A stretch of DNA of 64,000 nt, taken from the NCBI GenBank assembly GCA_965219685.1, contig CBDCOH010000002.1:2016001-2080000 (forward strand), given 5' to 3'. Positions 39,056-48,949 of this stretch are shown piece after piece. A program made the position numbers and the translations under genes. Below the pieces are notes generated by a model that did no database searches, was not told where the DNA came from, and saw only the letters and a program-made list of their open reading frames with translations. Source of the stretch: Candidatus Spongiisociaceae bacterium. GTDB lineage: Bacteria > Actinomycetota > Acidimicrobiia > Spongiisociales > Spongiisociaceae. Each line of letters opens with the position of its first letter. The first letter of the stretch is position 1.

Positions 39056-40312
39056 ATGGGCCTCTTCGCGCGCCATGTCAGATCCCAGGTAGAGGATGCG
39101 CTGGATTGGGCCCGGGTAGTCATGATCCATGGGGCGCGCCAGAGCGGCAAGACCACCCTCGCCCGGATGATCGCCGAGGCCCGCGGGGGTACCTACGCGT
39201 CGATGGACGACGAAGCGCTACGAGAGAGCGTCCTGGACGACCCGGTCACCTTCCTCGCTCATCAACGATACCCCCTGGTGATCGACGAAGTTCAGCGGGG
39301 TGGCGACAGGCTCGTGTTCGCCGTGAAACGGCTCGTAGACGAAGAGAGCACGCCGGGGAGGTTCATCCTCACCGGTTCTACCAATTTCCTGACGGTGCCG
39401 AATATCAGCGAGTCCCTCGCCGGACGGGTCCAGATCTTTCGCCTGTGGCCGTTGTCGGAAGCGGAACTCGTCGGGACTCATCCGACAGAGATCGACCACT
39501 GGTTCGAAGGCGGCCTCCATCCGATCCCGGTGTCCGAACTCGACCGCGCCGACTACCTGGCGCGGGTGTGTCGGGGAGGCTATCCGGAAGCCGTCAGCCT
39601 CGACCCCGGCCGGCGGAGCCGCTGGTTCCAGGGATATGTCGAGACAGTCGTGCAGCGCGACATCGTCGCTCTCGCCGACATCCGCAAGGCCTCCGCCCTG
39701 CCACCGCTACTCAGATGGACCGCCGCACTGACCGGCACGCAGGTCAACCTTTCCGACGCTTCCAGACGATCGGGAATAAGCCGGCCGACAGTCGCCGGGT
39801 ACTTCGAGTGGCTCCAGACCGTCTTCCTCGTTCACGAGCTCCCGCCGTGGTCACGCGGCCTGGCGCCGGGGGCCGGACGGCGACCCAAGTTCTATCTCAC
39901 CGACTCGGGCCTGGCCGCGGCCCTGCTAGGTGCGGACGCCGACTCCTTGGTCTCGCCCACAGCCGCCGCGACGGGACCGCTTCTGGAGACCTTCACCGTG
40001 AGCGAGATCGCCCGGCAACTCTCCGCGTCGCCGCGGGCTGCCAGGCTCTCCCACTACCGCGACCACAAGGGCCGCGAGATCGATCTCATCCTCAGCGCAA
40101 GCAACGCCGACGTGGTAGCTGTGAAGATCAAGGCCACTACCTCGCCCCGGTCCAAGCACATGGACCACCTTCGGTGGCTGCGCAACAGACTCGACGCTGT
40201 TTCCCCGGGCGCCTTCCGCGCCGGCATCCTCTTGCACACCGGCCCCTACGCCCTCTCCATGGGCGACCGGCTCCACATACGCCCGATCGGCTGCTTGTGG
40301 TCCCCGTCCTGA
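39056..40312 (+). CDS. AAA_14 ATPase with DUF4143 (PD-(D/E)XK-like) C terminus
   Basis: GARQSGKT, IDEVQR, LTGS, GGYPE, KFYLTDSGL, HYRD...EIDLI. Confidence 0.9.
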   Translation: MGLFARHVRSQVEDALDWARVVMIHGARQSGKTTLARMIAEARGGTYASMDDEALRESVLDDPVTFLAHQRYPLVIDEVQRGGDRLVFAVKRLVDEESTPGRFILTGSTNFLTVPNISESLAGRVQIFRLWPLSEAELVGTHPTEIDHWFEGGLHPIPVSELDRADYLARVCRGGYPEAVSLDPGRRSRWFQGYVETVVQRDIVALADIRKASALPPLLRWTAALTGTQVNLSDASRRSGISRPTVAGYFEWLQTVFLVHELPPWSRGLAPGAGRRPKFYLTDSGLAAALLGADADSLVSPTAAATGPLLETFTVSEIARQLSASPRAARLSHYRDHKGREIDLILSASNADVVAVKIKATTSPRSKHMDHLRWLRNRLDAVSPGAFRAGILLHTGPYALSMGDRLHIRPIGCLWSPS

Positions 40313-40418
40313 GGCGCCGCGGACTACCGCTGGGGAACCCACCTCATCCATCAACCAGCCTCGCAGAGAGAGACCATGATCGGCTGGGTGGCGTAGAGAA
40401 GGGGATTGCCGGTTGTCC

Positions 40419-41393
40419 TCAACCAGGGAGGATTTCCTCCGCCGTCCCGCGCAGAATCCTCCGGGTTGAATCCACTCCCAGACCTGCCTGCCGGCAGGCT
40501 TGCTCGATGTAACCGACCGGGCGGTCCAGGCTCATCGGGAACGGCGCGTCGGTTCCGGCCGCGATCCGGTCGGGACCGATCGACTCCATCATGAAGATCA
40601 GGGCCCGGGGGTCATGGAGCAGGGTGTCGTAGTAGAAACACCGCAGGATCGAGTCCGGATGATCGACGGCCCGGTCGAATCCGGGTGCGTGCCGCGACGC
40701 GTGTACGGCCCGGCCTGCCAGGTAGGGCAAGGTCCCGCCTCCGTGGGCCAGAAGGATCCTCAGTCCGGGCCAGTTCGCGAAGACCCCGCTGAAGTAGAGA
40801 CGTAAGGCAGCCAGGGTGGTCTCGAAGGGGTTGCCGCAGACATTCCCGAGGAAGTGCGCCTTCATACGACTACCGCCCATCACCCGATGGGGATGGATGA
40901 AGATGAGCACGCTCAGCGACTCGGCCGCCTCCCACAGCGGTTCCAGGCCACCCGCGTCGAGGTCCGTACCTCCGATTTGGGTCGGTACGGCGGCCCCGAC
41001 GAATCCGAGTTGCTCTACGCAACGACGCAGTTCGGAGGCTGCCAGGTCGCCGTCGGTCACCGGGAGAGCAGCCAGGGCTCTGAATCCTGGAAGGCCATCC
41101 AGATCCCGGGCCGTGGCGTCGTTCATGGCCCGACACCAACTCGCCGCGTCTTGGCCGGGGAGGTCGTCGCCGGCCACGTCCATCCAGGGCGACACGACCT
41201 GGAGGTCGATGTTGCGTTCTGCATTCCACCGCGTCCGGGCAGCCAGGTCCGTGAGGGCCGGCGGAACCGGGCGGGACGGACCGGATGGGAAGTCCAGGAT
41301 CCGACTCTCCAGGCTGAACCCCACCGGGAGCAGACCCTCCGACGCCGCAACCGGTAGCGACGGCGGCAGGTAGTGGGCGTGGACATCGATCAA
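40419..41393 (-). CDS. Amidohydrolase_2 family (ACMSD-like decarboxylase/hydratase)
   Basis: IDVHAHY, FIHP, AHGGG, GTDAPF. Confidence 0.88.
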   Translation of the reverse strand: MIDVHAHYLPPSLPVAASEGLLPVGFSLESRILDFPSGPSRPVPPALTDLAARTRWNAERNIDLQVVSPWMDVAGDDLPGQDAASWCRAMNDATARDLDGLPGFRALAALPVTDGDLAASELRRCVEQLGFVGAAVPTQIGGTDLDAGGLEPLWEAAESLSVLIFIHPHRVMGGSRMKAHFLGNVCGNPFETTLAALRLYFSGVFANWPGLRILLAHGGGTLPYLAGRAVHASRHAPGFDRAVDHPDSILRCFYYDTLLHDPRALIFMMESIGPDRIAAGTDAPFPMSLDRPVGYIEQACRQAGLGVDSTRRILRGTAEEILPG

Positions 41394-41411
41394 CGGAGCG
41401 TCCCCGGTCCG

Positions 41412-43013
41412 TCAGCCGGCCGACACATCTCGCCAGGCCACCTCTCCCCCCACGATGGTCACCGAGGGTCCCATCCCCGCCATCTCGTCGGGCGGGAGCG
41501 GGCGCGGATCACGCGGGAAGACCGTGAAGTCGGCGAGGTACCCGGGGGCGATCCGGCCCCGCTCGTGCGAGAGGCCGTCCGCCTCGGCCGGCCACCTGGT
41601 CATCATGGCGATCACCTCATCGAACCCGATCGCCTCGTGTGGCCCCCACACGTCGCCCCAGGCATCGACTCGAGCGGTGGCCGTGGCAGCAGCCGCCATC
41701 GGCGAGGCGTCGGGTATCACCGGGGTGTCCGAGCTGTGTACCGGCTTGAGACCGGCGTCCAGCCAGCTACGGAGCGGGTACATGATCGCCAGCCGTTCCT
41801 CCCCCATCGCGGCCAGGAAGTCCGGAGCCCGCAGGCGCAGGAAGGCCAGCTGAGGTACGGGGACGATCCTCCCGATGCGCATCGCCTCGACAGCGGTGTC
41901 CGAAGTCAGGCAGCAGTGCTCGATCCGGTGGGAACGGAGGCCACCGGCAGCCGGATGCCTGCTGAGTACCCCCGCGACGGTCTCCACCGCGGCGTCGCCG
42001 ATGGCGTGGACGCACATCTGCCAGCCCAGCACCGCCCCCCTGCGAACCGCCTCCTCCAGTTCCGCCTCGCCGGCGTGCATGGTTCCGCAGGTGCCGGTGT
42101 CCGAGTACGGCTCGGACATGGCAGCGCTCCGCGGCCCGAAGGCGCCGTCCGAGAACACCTTCGCCCCTCCTATCCGGAAGTAGGGTTCGCCGACCCCCGG
42201 GCGTAGCCCGAGGTCACCCGCCGCGTCCAGCAACTCGGCCCGCATCATCGACGTGAACCTGAGCCGCAGGGCCCGGCGCTCGCTCATGCGCAGGAAGGCT
42301 GCGATCTCCTCCCCCATCCGGGACATGGTGAGCGGTGCTGCGTTCGTCACGTATGTAAAGCCCAGCGAAAGGAAGTAGTCGGTTGCGACCTCGATGGCCT
42401 GTTCGTCCTCCGAGTCGGACCAGGGAGGGATAACCGGATCGAGCAGACTTCTGGCACCGTCGAGCAGTTCGCCGGTCGGCCTCCCGTGCCTGTCCCGGAC
42501 GATCTCACCGTCGGGCGGGTCGGGTGTATCCGGGCCTATACCCGCCGCCGCCAGCGTCGCGTGGTTGGCAACCCGGCGATGGAAGTCGAAACTGTCGAGC
42601 ACGACACACCGTCCGTCGGGCAGGTCGAGTTCGGCGGCTGTCGGGGCTCGCCCCTCGGCGAGCGACGCGGGGTCGTAGCCGCGGCCCTTGATCCAGCGAC
42701 CCGCCGGGAGCCGCAGGTGGGCCGCTCCAACCAGCCCGACGATCTCCGCCACCGACGACACGTCGGAGGGCCAGCAAGGAACGCCCATGCGGGACCGGCC
42801 GTAGTTGACGGCATGCACATGGCTGTCCGCCAGCCCGGGGAAGACCGTCCCCCCGCCGAGATCGACCGTCTCGGCATCGGGGGCAACCGAATCCCGGACC
42901 TCCCGGTAGTCACCCGCCAAACGCACCCTCTGACCACTGACGGCGACCGCCTCGGTCGGGCGGTCGCCGTCAGTTACGAAAGATGCGTTTGTCAGTACTC
43001 GGTCAGGCCTCAA
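41412..43013 (-). CDS. Amidohydrolase_3 family (YtcJ-like)
   Basis: PGLADSHVH, KVFSDG, HAIGD, RIEH, SSD motifs. Confidence 0.9.
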   Translation of the reverse strand: MRPDRVLTNASFVTDGDRPTEAVAVSGQRVRLAGDYREVRDSVAPDAETVDLGGGTVFPGLADSHVHAVNYGRSRMGVPCWPSDVSSVAEIVGLVGAAHLRLPAGRWIKGRGYDPASLAEGRAPTAAELDLPDGRCVVLDSFDFHRRVANHATLAAAGIGPDTPDPPDGEIVRDRHGRPTGELLDGARSLLDPVIPPWSDSEDEQAIEVATDYFLSLGFTYVTNAAPLTMSRMGEEIAAFLRMSERRALRLRFTSMMRAELLDAAGDLGLRPGVGEPYFRIGGAKVFSDGAFGPRSAAMSEPYSDTGTCGTMHAGEAELEEAVRRGAVLGWQMCVHAIGDAAVETVAGVLSRHPAAGGLRSHRIEHCCLTSDTAVEAMRIGRIVPVPQLAFLRLRAPDFLAAMGEERLAIMYPLRSWLDAGLKPVHSSDTPVIPDASPMAAAATATARVDAWGDVWGPHEAIGFDEVIAMMTRWPAEADGLSHERGRIAPGYLADFTVFPRDPRPLPPDEMAGMGPSVTIVGGEVAWRDVSAG

Positions 43014-44087
43014 TCAGCAGTCGGTGTCCAGGTCGTTGGCCTCGTCGACGATCGCCTGCTGGTCGAAGTCGTTGATCTCGTCGAGCAGGTCGTCTATGAC
43101 GTACTCGCCCATGTCGATCTGCTCGGAGATCACACCGCCCTGGATGAATATGTTCACGTAGGTGTTCCACCCGGCCGCGTCGAGGAAGCCGAACACGTAG
43201 TCGCCACCCTCCTGCGGAGCGGTGGTGATCTCGATGACCGCTGCCAGACCGGCCCGTCCTTCGGCATCATCGGTGAACTCTTCGGGAATGAGTTCCTTGA
43301 GCACGCACACCGCGCCGTCGATGTTGGCATAGGCAACCAACTGGCCCTTGGCCGTGGCACGGCCGAGACCGATCAGGAGCTCGTCGTCATCCTTGAAGTC
43401 CTCGGCGGCCAGAAGCCCCTCGGCCGGAAGGGTGTTGAGCGATGCAGGCGCGATCGATACCGTGTCGAGACCCGCCGCGTTCATTGAGGCGATGTCCGAC
43501 TTGGCGGATGAGTAGGCGTCGATCCGTTCGTCGTCGAGTGCCGCCTTGACGCTAGGAGCATTGGTCCCCACCTCAATGATCTCGACGTCGGAGTCCGGGT
43601 CCAGTCCTGCTTCGACCAGCAACGCCCGGACCAACGGAACCTCTCCGCCGGCCAACTCCGAGATGCCGATCCTCAGTCCGGCCAGACCACCGATGTTCGT
43701 GATCGACGATCCGGCTGGCACGACCACGTCGAACACCTCACCGTAGGCGTACGTGAAGAACGGGTAGAGACCCGCACCGGCCTCGATAGCCGGCAGCATC
43801 GCCCCGGGAACACCCATTCCCGCCTCGGCGTTGTTGGCGGCCAGGATCTGGGCTACATCGGATGATCCGCCCGTTCCCTGGAGGCTCACGTTGAGACCCT
43901 CGTCCTCGTAATACCCGAGACCTACCGCGATCCAGTAGCCATAACCAAAGCCACTCGTCGTCGACAGGGCGAGATTCACATCCCGGAGTTCCTCGTCCTC
44001 AGCGCACGCCGCCCCGATCATCGCCAGTACGACGGCAAGCGCCAGCATGAGCGACCAGGGCCGTGCCAAGCGGGTAGTTGGTTTCAT
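43014..44087 (-). CDS. ABC substrate-binding lipoprotein, NMT1/THI5/SsuA type
   Basis: Lipobox GAAC; GYYEDEGLNV motif. Confidence 0.85.
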   Translation of the reverse strand: MKPTTRLARPWSLMLALAVVLAMIGAACAEDEELRDVNLALSTTSGFGYGYWIAVGLGYYEDEGLNVSLQGTGGSSDVAQILAANNAEAGMGVPGAMLPAIEAGAGLYPFFTYAYGEVFDVVVPAGSSITNIGGLAGLRIGISELAGGEVPLVRALLVEAGLDPDSDVEIIEVGTNAPSVKAALDDERIDAYSSAKSDIASMNAAGLDTVSIAPASLNTLPAEGLLAAEDFKDDDELLIGLGRATAKGQLVAYANIDGAVCVLKELIPEEFTDDAEGRAGLAAVIEITTAPQEGGDYVFGFLDAAGWNTYVNIFIQGGVISEQIDMGEYVIDDLLDEINDFDQQAIVDEANDLDTDC

Positions 44088-44223
44088 AGGTTCCTCCTTG
44101 TCTCGGTGAGCGCCGTGCTCACAACGATTCTATCGGGTGGTTTGCCTGCCGAATGATCAGCCGGGTTTTCTGCTTGCCGGCGGCGCATGACGCCGCCACT
44201 CCACCCACAGACCACCCGGCGGG

Positions 44224-45069
44224 CTAGTCGACATCCACGTGCCAGAAGAGAAGGTTCCGCTCCAGCCGGGCGGCCAGCAGGAACAGCGCCAGACCTATGA
44301 GTGCCAGCATCAGAAGGTACGCGAATACATCGTCGCTTCGAAACTGGAAAGCCGCCGTCTCGATCAAGTGGCCGGCCCCCTCGTTGGTGGCGGTCAACTC
44401 GCCCACTATGGCGCCGATCAGTGCGAAGGTGAGAGCCGCCTTGAGCCCGGCGAAGACGGTGGGGACGGAACTGGGAAGCCGCAGATGGCGGAAGGTCTGC
44501 CACCGGGTAGCCCTGAGCGATCTCATGAGCAGTCCCGCGTTCTCGTCGATGACGGTCAGCCCGGTGATGGTGTTGATCAGGACCGGGAAAAAGCAGATGG
44601 TCGCCGCCAGCGCGATCTTCGAGGCGATACCGAAAGCGAACCAGGCGATGAAGACGGGTGCCAGGGCCACCCGGGGTGTCGACTGGAACAGGATGATCAC
44701 CGGGTAGAAGGCTTTTCTGAACGTCGGCACCAACGCTACGTAGGTTCCCAGGAGGAACCCACCACCCGCTCCCAGGACGAAGCCGATCGCCGTCTCCTGG
44801 AAGGTCACCCAGAAGTGCCACAAGACGAAGGGAGTGGTGATGGCCTGGAAGAACGCCGGGATTATCTCGGATGGTTTGGACAGCACGATCTCCGGCCAGA
44901 AGGACGGATCCAGCCAGCTGAGAAACTCCCAGATAAGGCAGAAACCGACCACCACCGAGCCGGTGAGCAGGATCTGAGTACTCATCCTGCGGAATCGGGA
45001 GTCGGGGCTGGACTCGGGCAGAGGTTCCACTCCGATCGCACCGGCGTCAGACATGGTGTCGGTGTCCAT
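44224..45069 (-). CDS. ABC permease, NitT/TauT family
   Basis: PRVALAPVF, FFPVLINT, EAA-like loop, GAIVGE. Confidence 0.92.
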   Translation of the reverse strand: MDTDTMSDAGAIGVEPLPESSPDSRFRRMSTQILLTGSVVVGFCLIWEFLSWLDPSFWPEIVLSKPSEIIPAFFQAITTPFVLWHFWVTFQETAIGFVLGAGGGFLLGTYVALVPTFRKAFYPVIILFQSTPRVALAPVFIAWFAFGIASKIALAATICFFPVLINTITGLTVIDENAGLLMRSLRATRWQTFRHLRLPSSVPTVFAGLKAALTFALIGAIVGELTATNEGAGHLIETAAFQFRSDDVFAYLLMLALIGLALFLLAARLERNLLFWHVDVD

Positions 45070-45087
45070 TCGGAACTCCTTCCCTCC

Positions 45088-45879
45088 CTAGAAGAGACCC
45101 AGCACTTCGCGGATGTAGTTGACGGTCTCGGTGAACTCCGGCAACCGGCGGGAGCCCGGGACTCGCGGCCTGGGAAGGTCCACTTCGACCACATCCAGGA
45201 TGCGGCCCGGTTTCGTCCCCATGACCGCCACCCGGTCCGACAGGAACACAGCCTCCCTGATGTTGTGGGTCACGAACACCATCGTCTTGTGCTCATGCTC
45301 CGCGATCCTCGCCAACTCGGTGTTCAGGTGTTCCCTGGTGAACTCGTCCAAGGCGCCGAACGGTTCGTCCAACAACATGAGGTCCGGTTCCGAGACCAGC
45401 AGCCTGCACAGGGCCACGCGTTGCTGCATGCCACCGGACAGCTCGCGGGGGTAGTGCTGTTCGAAGCCTTCGAGGCGGACCAACTCGATCACGTCCGCGA
45501 TCCGTTGTTCCCCGTCCTGCCCCATCGTGCCGGTGATCTCGAGCGGCAGCGAGATGTTGCGTATCACGTTGCGCCAAGGGAAGAGGGTCGAGGTCTGGAA
45601 CATCAGACCGATCTCCTCCCGAGGCTCAACGATGGCGTCCCGCCCGAGGTACACGCTTCCCGACGTGGGGATCAAGAGACCGGCGATGATCTTGAGAAGC
45701 GTCGACTTGCCACACCCGGACGGCCCCACAAGCGTGAGGAACTCGCCCTTCCTCACCTTTAGCGACACGTTCTGCAACGCTACCAAGGGCTCCCCGTTCT
45801 TCTCGAAGACCTGGGTTATGCGGTCTATCGTGAGCGATGATCCACTACTTGGAGTCCGGGAGGCGGAACCTGTAGACAC
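45088..45879 (-). CDS. ABC ATP-binding subunit, NitT/TauT family
   Basis: GPSGCGKS, LSGGMQQR, LDEPFGALD; GTG 45879 after GGAGG. Confidence 0.92.
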   Translation of the reverse strand: MSTGSASRTPSSGSSLTIDRITQVFEKNGEPLVALQNVSLKVRKGEFLTLVGPSGCGKSTLLKIIAGLLIPTSGSVYLGRDAIVEPREEIGLMFQTSTLFPWRNVIRNISLPLEITGTMGQDGEQRIADVIELVRLEGFEQHYPRELSGGMQQRVALCRLLVSEPDLMLLDEPFGALDEFTREHLNTELARIAEHEHKTMVFVTHNIREAVFLSDRVAVMGTKPGRILDVVEVDLPRPRVPGSRRLPEFTETVNYIREVLGLF

Positions 45880-46060
45880 TGTCTCCCGAACCTCCCTGTC
45901 GCGCCGCTTGCGTTGCGGGCTGATCGTAGACGCAACCGTGGCAGCCGGAAAAACGCACTCCGCCCCCGGAGGATTGCCGCCGTATATCGGGGAGGATGGT
46001 CGCATCGGGATGTGGAGAACGTCATCGGCGGCGCATAAAGCGGCCACTACTCTCCCGTGG

Positions 46061-47119
46061 ATGGCGGACACCTCTCTGCGGCAGGCTCCCGGCATGATGG
46101 CTGCGGAACTCACCGGCGAGCGGACCCTGCGGCTGGCGCGCCGACCACTGCCCGAACCTCCGAGCGGCTGGGTCGTCGTCCGGGTCGCCGCCGCCGGGGT
46201 CTGCGGGACGGAACTCCATTTCCTCGAAGGCCTCCTCGACCCGAGGGGGGAAACGCGGGTGCTGGGACACGAAGTGGCGGGGACCGTGTGCGATCCGGCG
46301 ACCGGTCCCGGGGTTCGGGGCGAACGGGCGGCCGTTTACAACGTGCTCAATTGCCGGGCCTGCCGCTACTGTCGTTCGAATCGGGACCGCCTGTGCGAAC
46401 GCTCCAACGGCATGATCGGCTTTACCGTGGACGGAGGCTTCGCCGAATACGTGGCGGTACCGGAGGCGAACCTCGTCCCGCTTCCCGAGACGGTCACCTT
46501 CGAGGCCGGGGCGGTGCTGGCCTGCAGCGGGATGACCGCGGTTCACGCCGTCCGCCTGGCCGGAATCCGGATCGGAGACCCCGTGGTGGTGAACGGCGTC
46601 GGAGGGGTCGGTCTGATGCTCATCCAGGTGGCGGCTCTGGCCGGCGCGGCCGTCCTCGCGGTGGCGGACGACCCCGCCAAGCTGGATCTGGCAGAGAACC
46701 TCGGTGCGCGGGCAGGGCTCCTGATCGACCATCCGCAAGGTTACGAGGACATGGACCGGCAAGCCCGCGGGTCACTGGGCCGTGCACCGGACGTGTTCTT
46801 CGAGACAGTCGGGACGAGAGAGACGATGCACGCCGGGTTCCGATGCCTCGCACCGGGCGGCTCCTTCGTCCAGATCGGATACACGAGCCAGCCCCTGGAC
46901 ATCCACCCGGGAGCCCTGATCAGGAACGAACTCCGTATCCTGACCTCGGCCGCCGGCTCCAAGAACGACCTCGAGACGGCCATCTCACTGGCGGCACAGG
47001 GTCAACTGGAGGTCGTTGTCGCGAACCGGACCGACCTGAACGGGCTTTCGGACGCCATCCAGGGCCTACGAGACCGCCGGGTCTTAGGCAGGAACGTCAT
47101 CCGGTGCGAATCGGGGTAA
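46061..47119 (+). CDS. Zinc-dependent medium-chain alcohol dehydrogenase
   Basis: CGTE, GHE, CRACRYC...C, GVGGVG; start at 46061 or 46094. Confidence 0.9.
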   Translation: MADTSLRQAPGMMAAELTGERTLRLARRPLPEPPSGWVVVRVAAAGVCGTELHFLEGLLDPRGETRVLGHEVAGTVCDPATGPGVRGERAAVYNVLNCRACRYCRSNRDRLCERSNGMIGFTVDGGFAEYVAVPEANLVPLPETVTFEAGAVLACSGMTAVHAVRLAGIRIGDPVVVNGVGGVGLMLIQVAALAGAAVLAVADDPAKLDLAENLGARAGLLIDHPQGYEDMDRQARGSLGRAPDVFFETVGTRETMHAGFRCLAPGGSFVQIGYTSQPLDIHPGALIRNELRILTSAAGSKNDLETAISLAAQGQLEVVVANRTDLNGLSDAIQGLRDRRVLGRNVIRCESG

Positions 47120-47171
47120 CGCCGGTTCGTATCGGCGACGTTCCGAAACGGCGCCGACCGGATGCCATGTC

Positions 47172-47480
47172 CTAGAAGGCTGCGGCAGCGGCTGGCGGTT
47201 GATAGCGTTCTACGTTGATTTGGTCTTCGTTCAGGCGTGCCTGGGCGAGGTCGTAGTTCGTCTGGAGACGCATCCAGAACTCGGCGTTGGACCATCCGAT
47301 CTTCTCAAAGCGGATTGCCATTTCCGGTGAGATTCCGCCGCGGCCATTGATGACACGAGAGAGTGTCGGGCGTGTGACACCGAGGAGGCGGGCTGCTTCG
47401 GTGACAGTGAGACCTGCGGCCGCGATGCAGTCTTGTTTGATGGTGCCGCCGGGATGTGGTGGGTCATTCATCATGGACAT
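47172..47480 (-). CDS. higA: HigA family antitoxin
   Basis: PPHPGG, HTH, ISPEMAIR, FWMRLQTNYDL. Confidence 0.9.
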   Translation of the reverse strand: MSMMNDPPHPGGTIKQDCIAAAGLTVTEAARLLGVTRPTLSRVINGRGGISPEMAIRFEKIGWSNAEFWMRLQTNYDLAQARLNEDQINVERYQPPAAAAAF

Positions 47481-47494
47481 CGATGTTTTCGCTC

Positions 47495-47753
47495 CTAGTG
47501 GTAGTCGGTTAGGTCTACGTCGTAGACGTGGACTCTTTCCATCCGGAAGGTGATCCGCCAGTTGGCAGAGATCCTGATGCTCCAGAATCCTTCCAGGTTG
47601 CCGCCGAGTGGGTGGACCCGGCATCCGGGGATGTCGAGGTCTGAGGGTTTGGTTGCCGCCTGGAGGGTGGCGATTACCCGGGCGATCTGATCAGAGTAGG
47701 TAGCGTTAACCTGGCGGTAATTGGTCAGCAACGAGTGACCGCGACGGGACTGC
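47495..47753 (-). pseudogene. higB: HigB (RelE-fold) toxin, apparently N-terminally truncated
   Basis: PGCRVHPLGG...WSIRISANWRITF...DYH present; the usual MIxSFxHKGL-type start is absent. Confidence 0.7.
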
Positions 47754-48926
47754 TCAACCGGCCGGGACCTGCCCCATGGATCTGAGCATGGCGGTGGCAA
47801 TCTGATCGTTGATCAGCCGGGGCACCGGTTGGGGACCCGGTCGGAACTCGCTACCAGGAGTTGCCAGAGCCGCCAGCGACCGGGCCTGGAGGGCGAGACC
47901 GAGATCCATGGCCTCTATCGGGTTGCCGATGCCACCGACCGCCGCCAGATTGACGATGCGTCCCCTGGCCAGCACGAACACCGTCCGGCCCCCGGGCAGT
48001 TCGTGAGAGTGCAGCGATGGGGCGACCAGCTTTCCAGGAGCCACACCCTCCAACCGTCGCACATCGATCTCGGCGTCCGTGTGGCCGGCGTTGGCCAGCA
48101 CCACTCCGTCCGGCATCACCTCGATCAATTCGTAACCCACCACCCGCTCTCGCCCGGTAGCGGTTATCACCACGTCAGCGCTTCGGGCTGCCCTGGCGGC
48201 GCCGGTCACATCGAAACCGTCCATAGCGGCCTCGAGCGCCTTGATGGGATCTGTATCCACCACGGTTACGTCAGCACCCCGGCGGCAGGCATAGAGGGCG
48301 ATGCCGCGGCCACACCAGCCGTATCCGAACACAGCCACTCGCTTCTTGTGCAGCGACATGTTGGTGGTCCTCACGATCGCGTCCACCACTGATTCGCCAA
48401 CGCCGTGCTTGTTTTCGACGATCGACTTCAGCGGGCTGTCGTTGATCACGATGACCGGGAACTCCACCGCCCCGGCCAAGCCTTCCCGCAGCCGGAAGGC
48501 CCCCGAAGTGGTCTCCTCGGTGGCGCCGATCGGCGACTGGCCGGCGCATATGCAAGCTTCGATCAACTCGGCCCCGTTGTCCAGCACCAGGTCTGGGCCG
48601 GCGGCGGCGATCTGGCTGAGATGAGCTCGGACCGCGGCCTTGCCGTCACCGGGGCGGTCAAGCACCACGCAACCCCGATCGGCCAGCGCTTCGGCAGTGC
48701 CGAACTGAGTGGTGCCCTCGTTGCCCATAGCCACTATCCGAGCACCTGCCGTGAGCAGCCCCTCGATCAGTACCGCCGTCTTCGGCTCCAAGTGGAGACG
48801 AAAGCCGATCGTCAGCCCGTCGAACACCCGCCGCTCCGCGAGCTCGGACAGCGCCTCCGTCAGCACAGGCATGCGCCGCCTGGTCCAAGCGATCCGACCT
48901 TCGGCGATTTCCCGCTCACTCACCAC
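47754..48926 (-). CDS. ahcY: Adenosylhomocysteinase-family protein, divergent short form
   Basis: HLEPKT, EETTSG, NDSPLK, GYGWCGRG, NAGH, GRIVNL; several catalytic positions differ. Confidence 0.8.
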   Translation of the reverse strand: MVSEREIAEGRIAWTRRRMPVLTEALSELAERRVFDGLTIGFRLHLEPKTAVLIEGLLTAGARIVAMGNEGTTQFGTAEALADRGCVVLDRPGDGKAAVRAHLSQIAAAGPDLVLDNGAELIEACICAGQSPIGATEETTSGAFRLREGLAGAVEFPVIVINDSPLKSIVENKHGVGESVVDAIVRTTNMSLHKKRVAVFGYGWCGRGIALYACRRGADVTVVDTDPIKALEAAMDGFDVTGAARAARSADVVITATGRERVVGYELIEVMPDGVVLANAGHTDAEIDVRRLEGVAPGKLVAPSLHSHELPGGRTVFVLARGRIVNLAAVGGIGNPIEAMDLGLALQARSLAALATPGSEFRPGPQPVPRLINDQIATAMLRSMGQVPAG

Positions 48927-48949
48927 CTACACCGCTCCGCCTAGACGTC

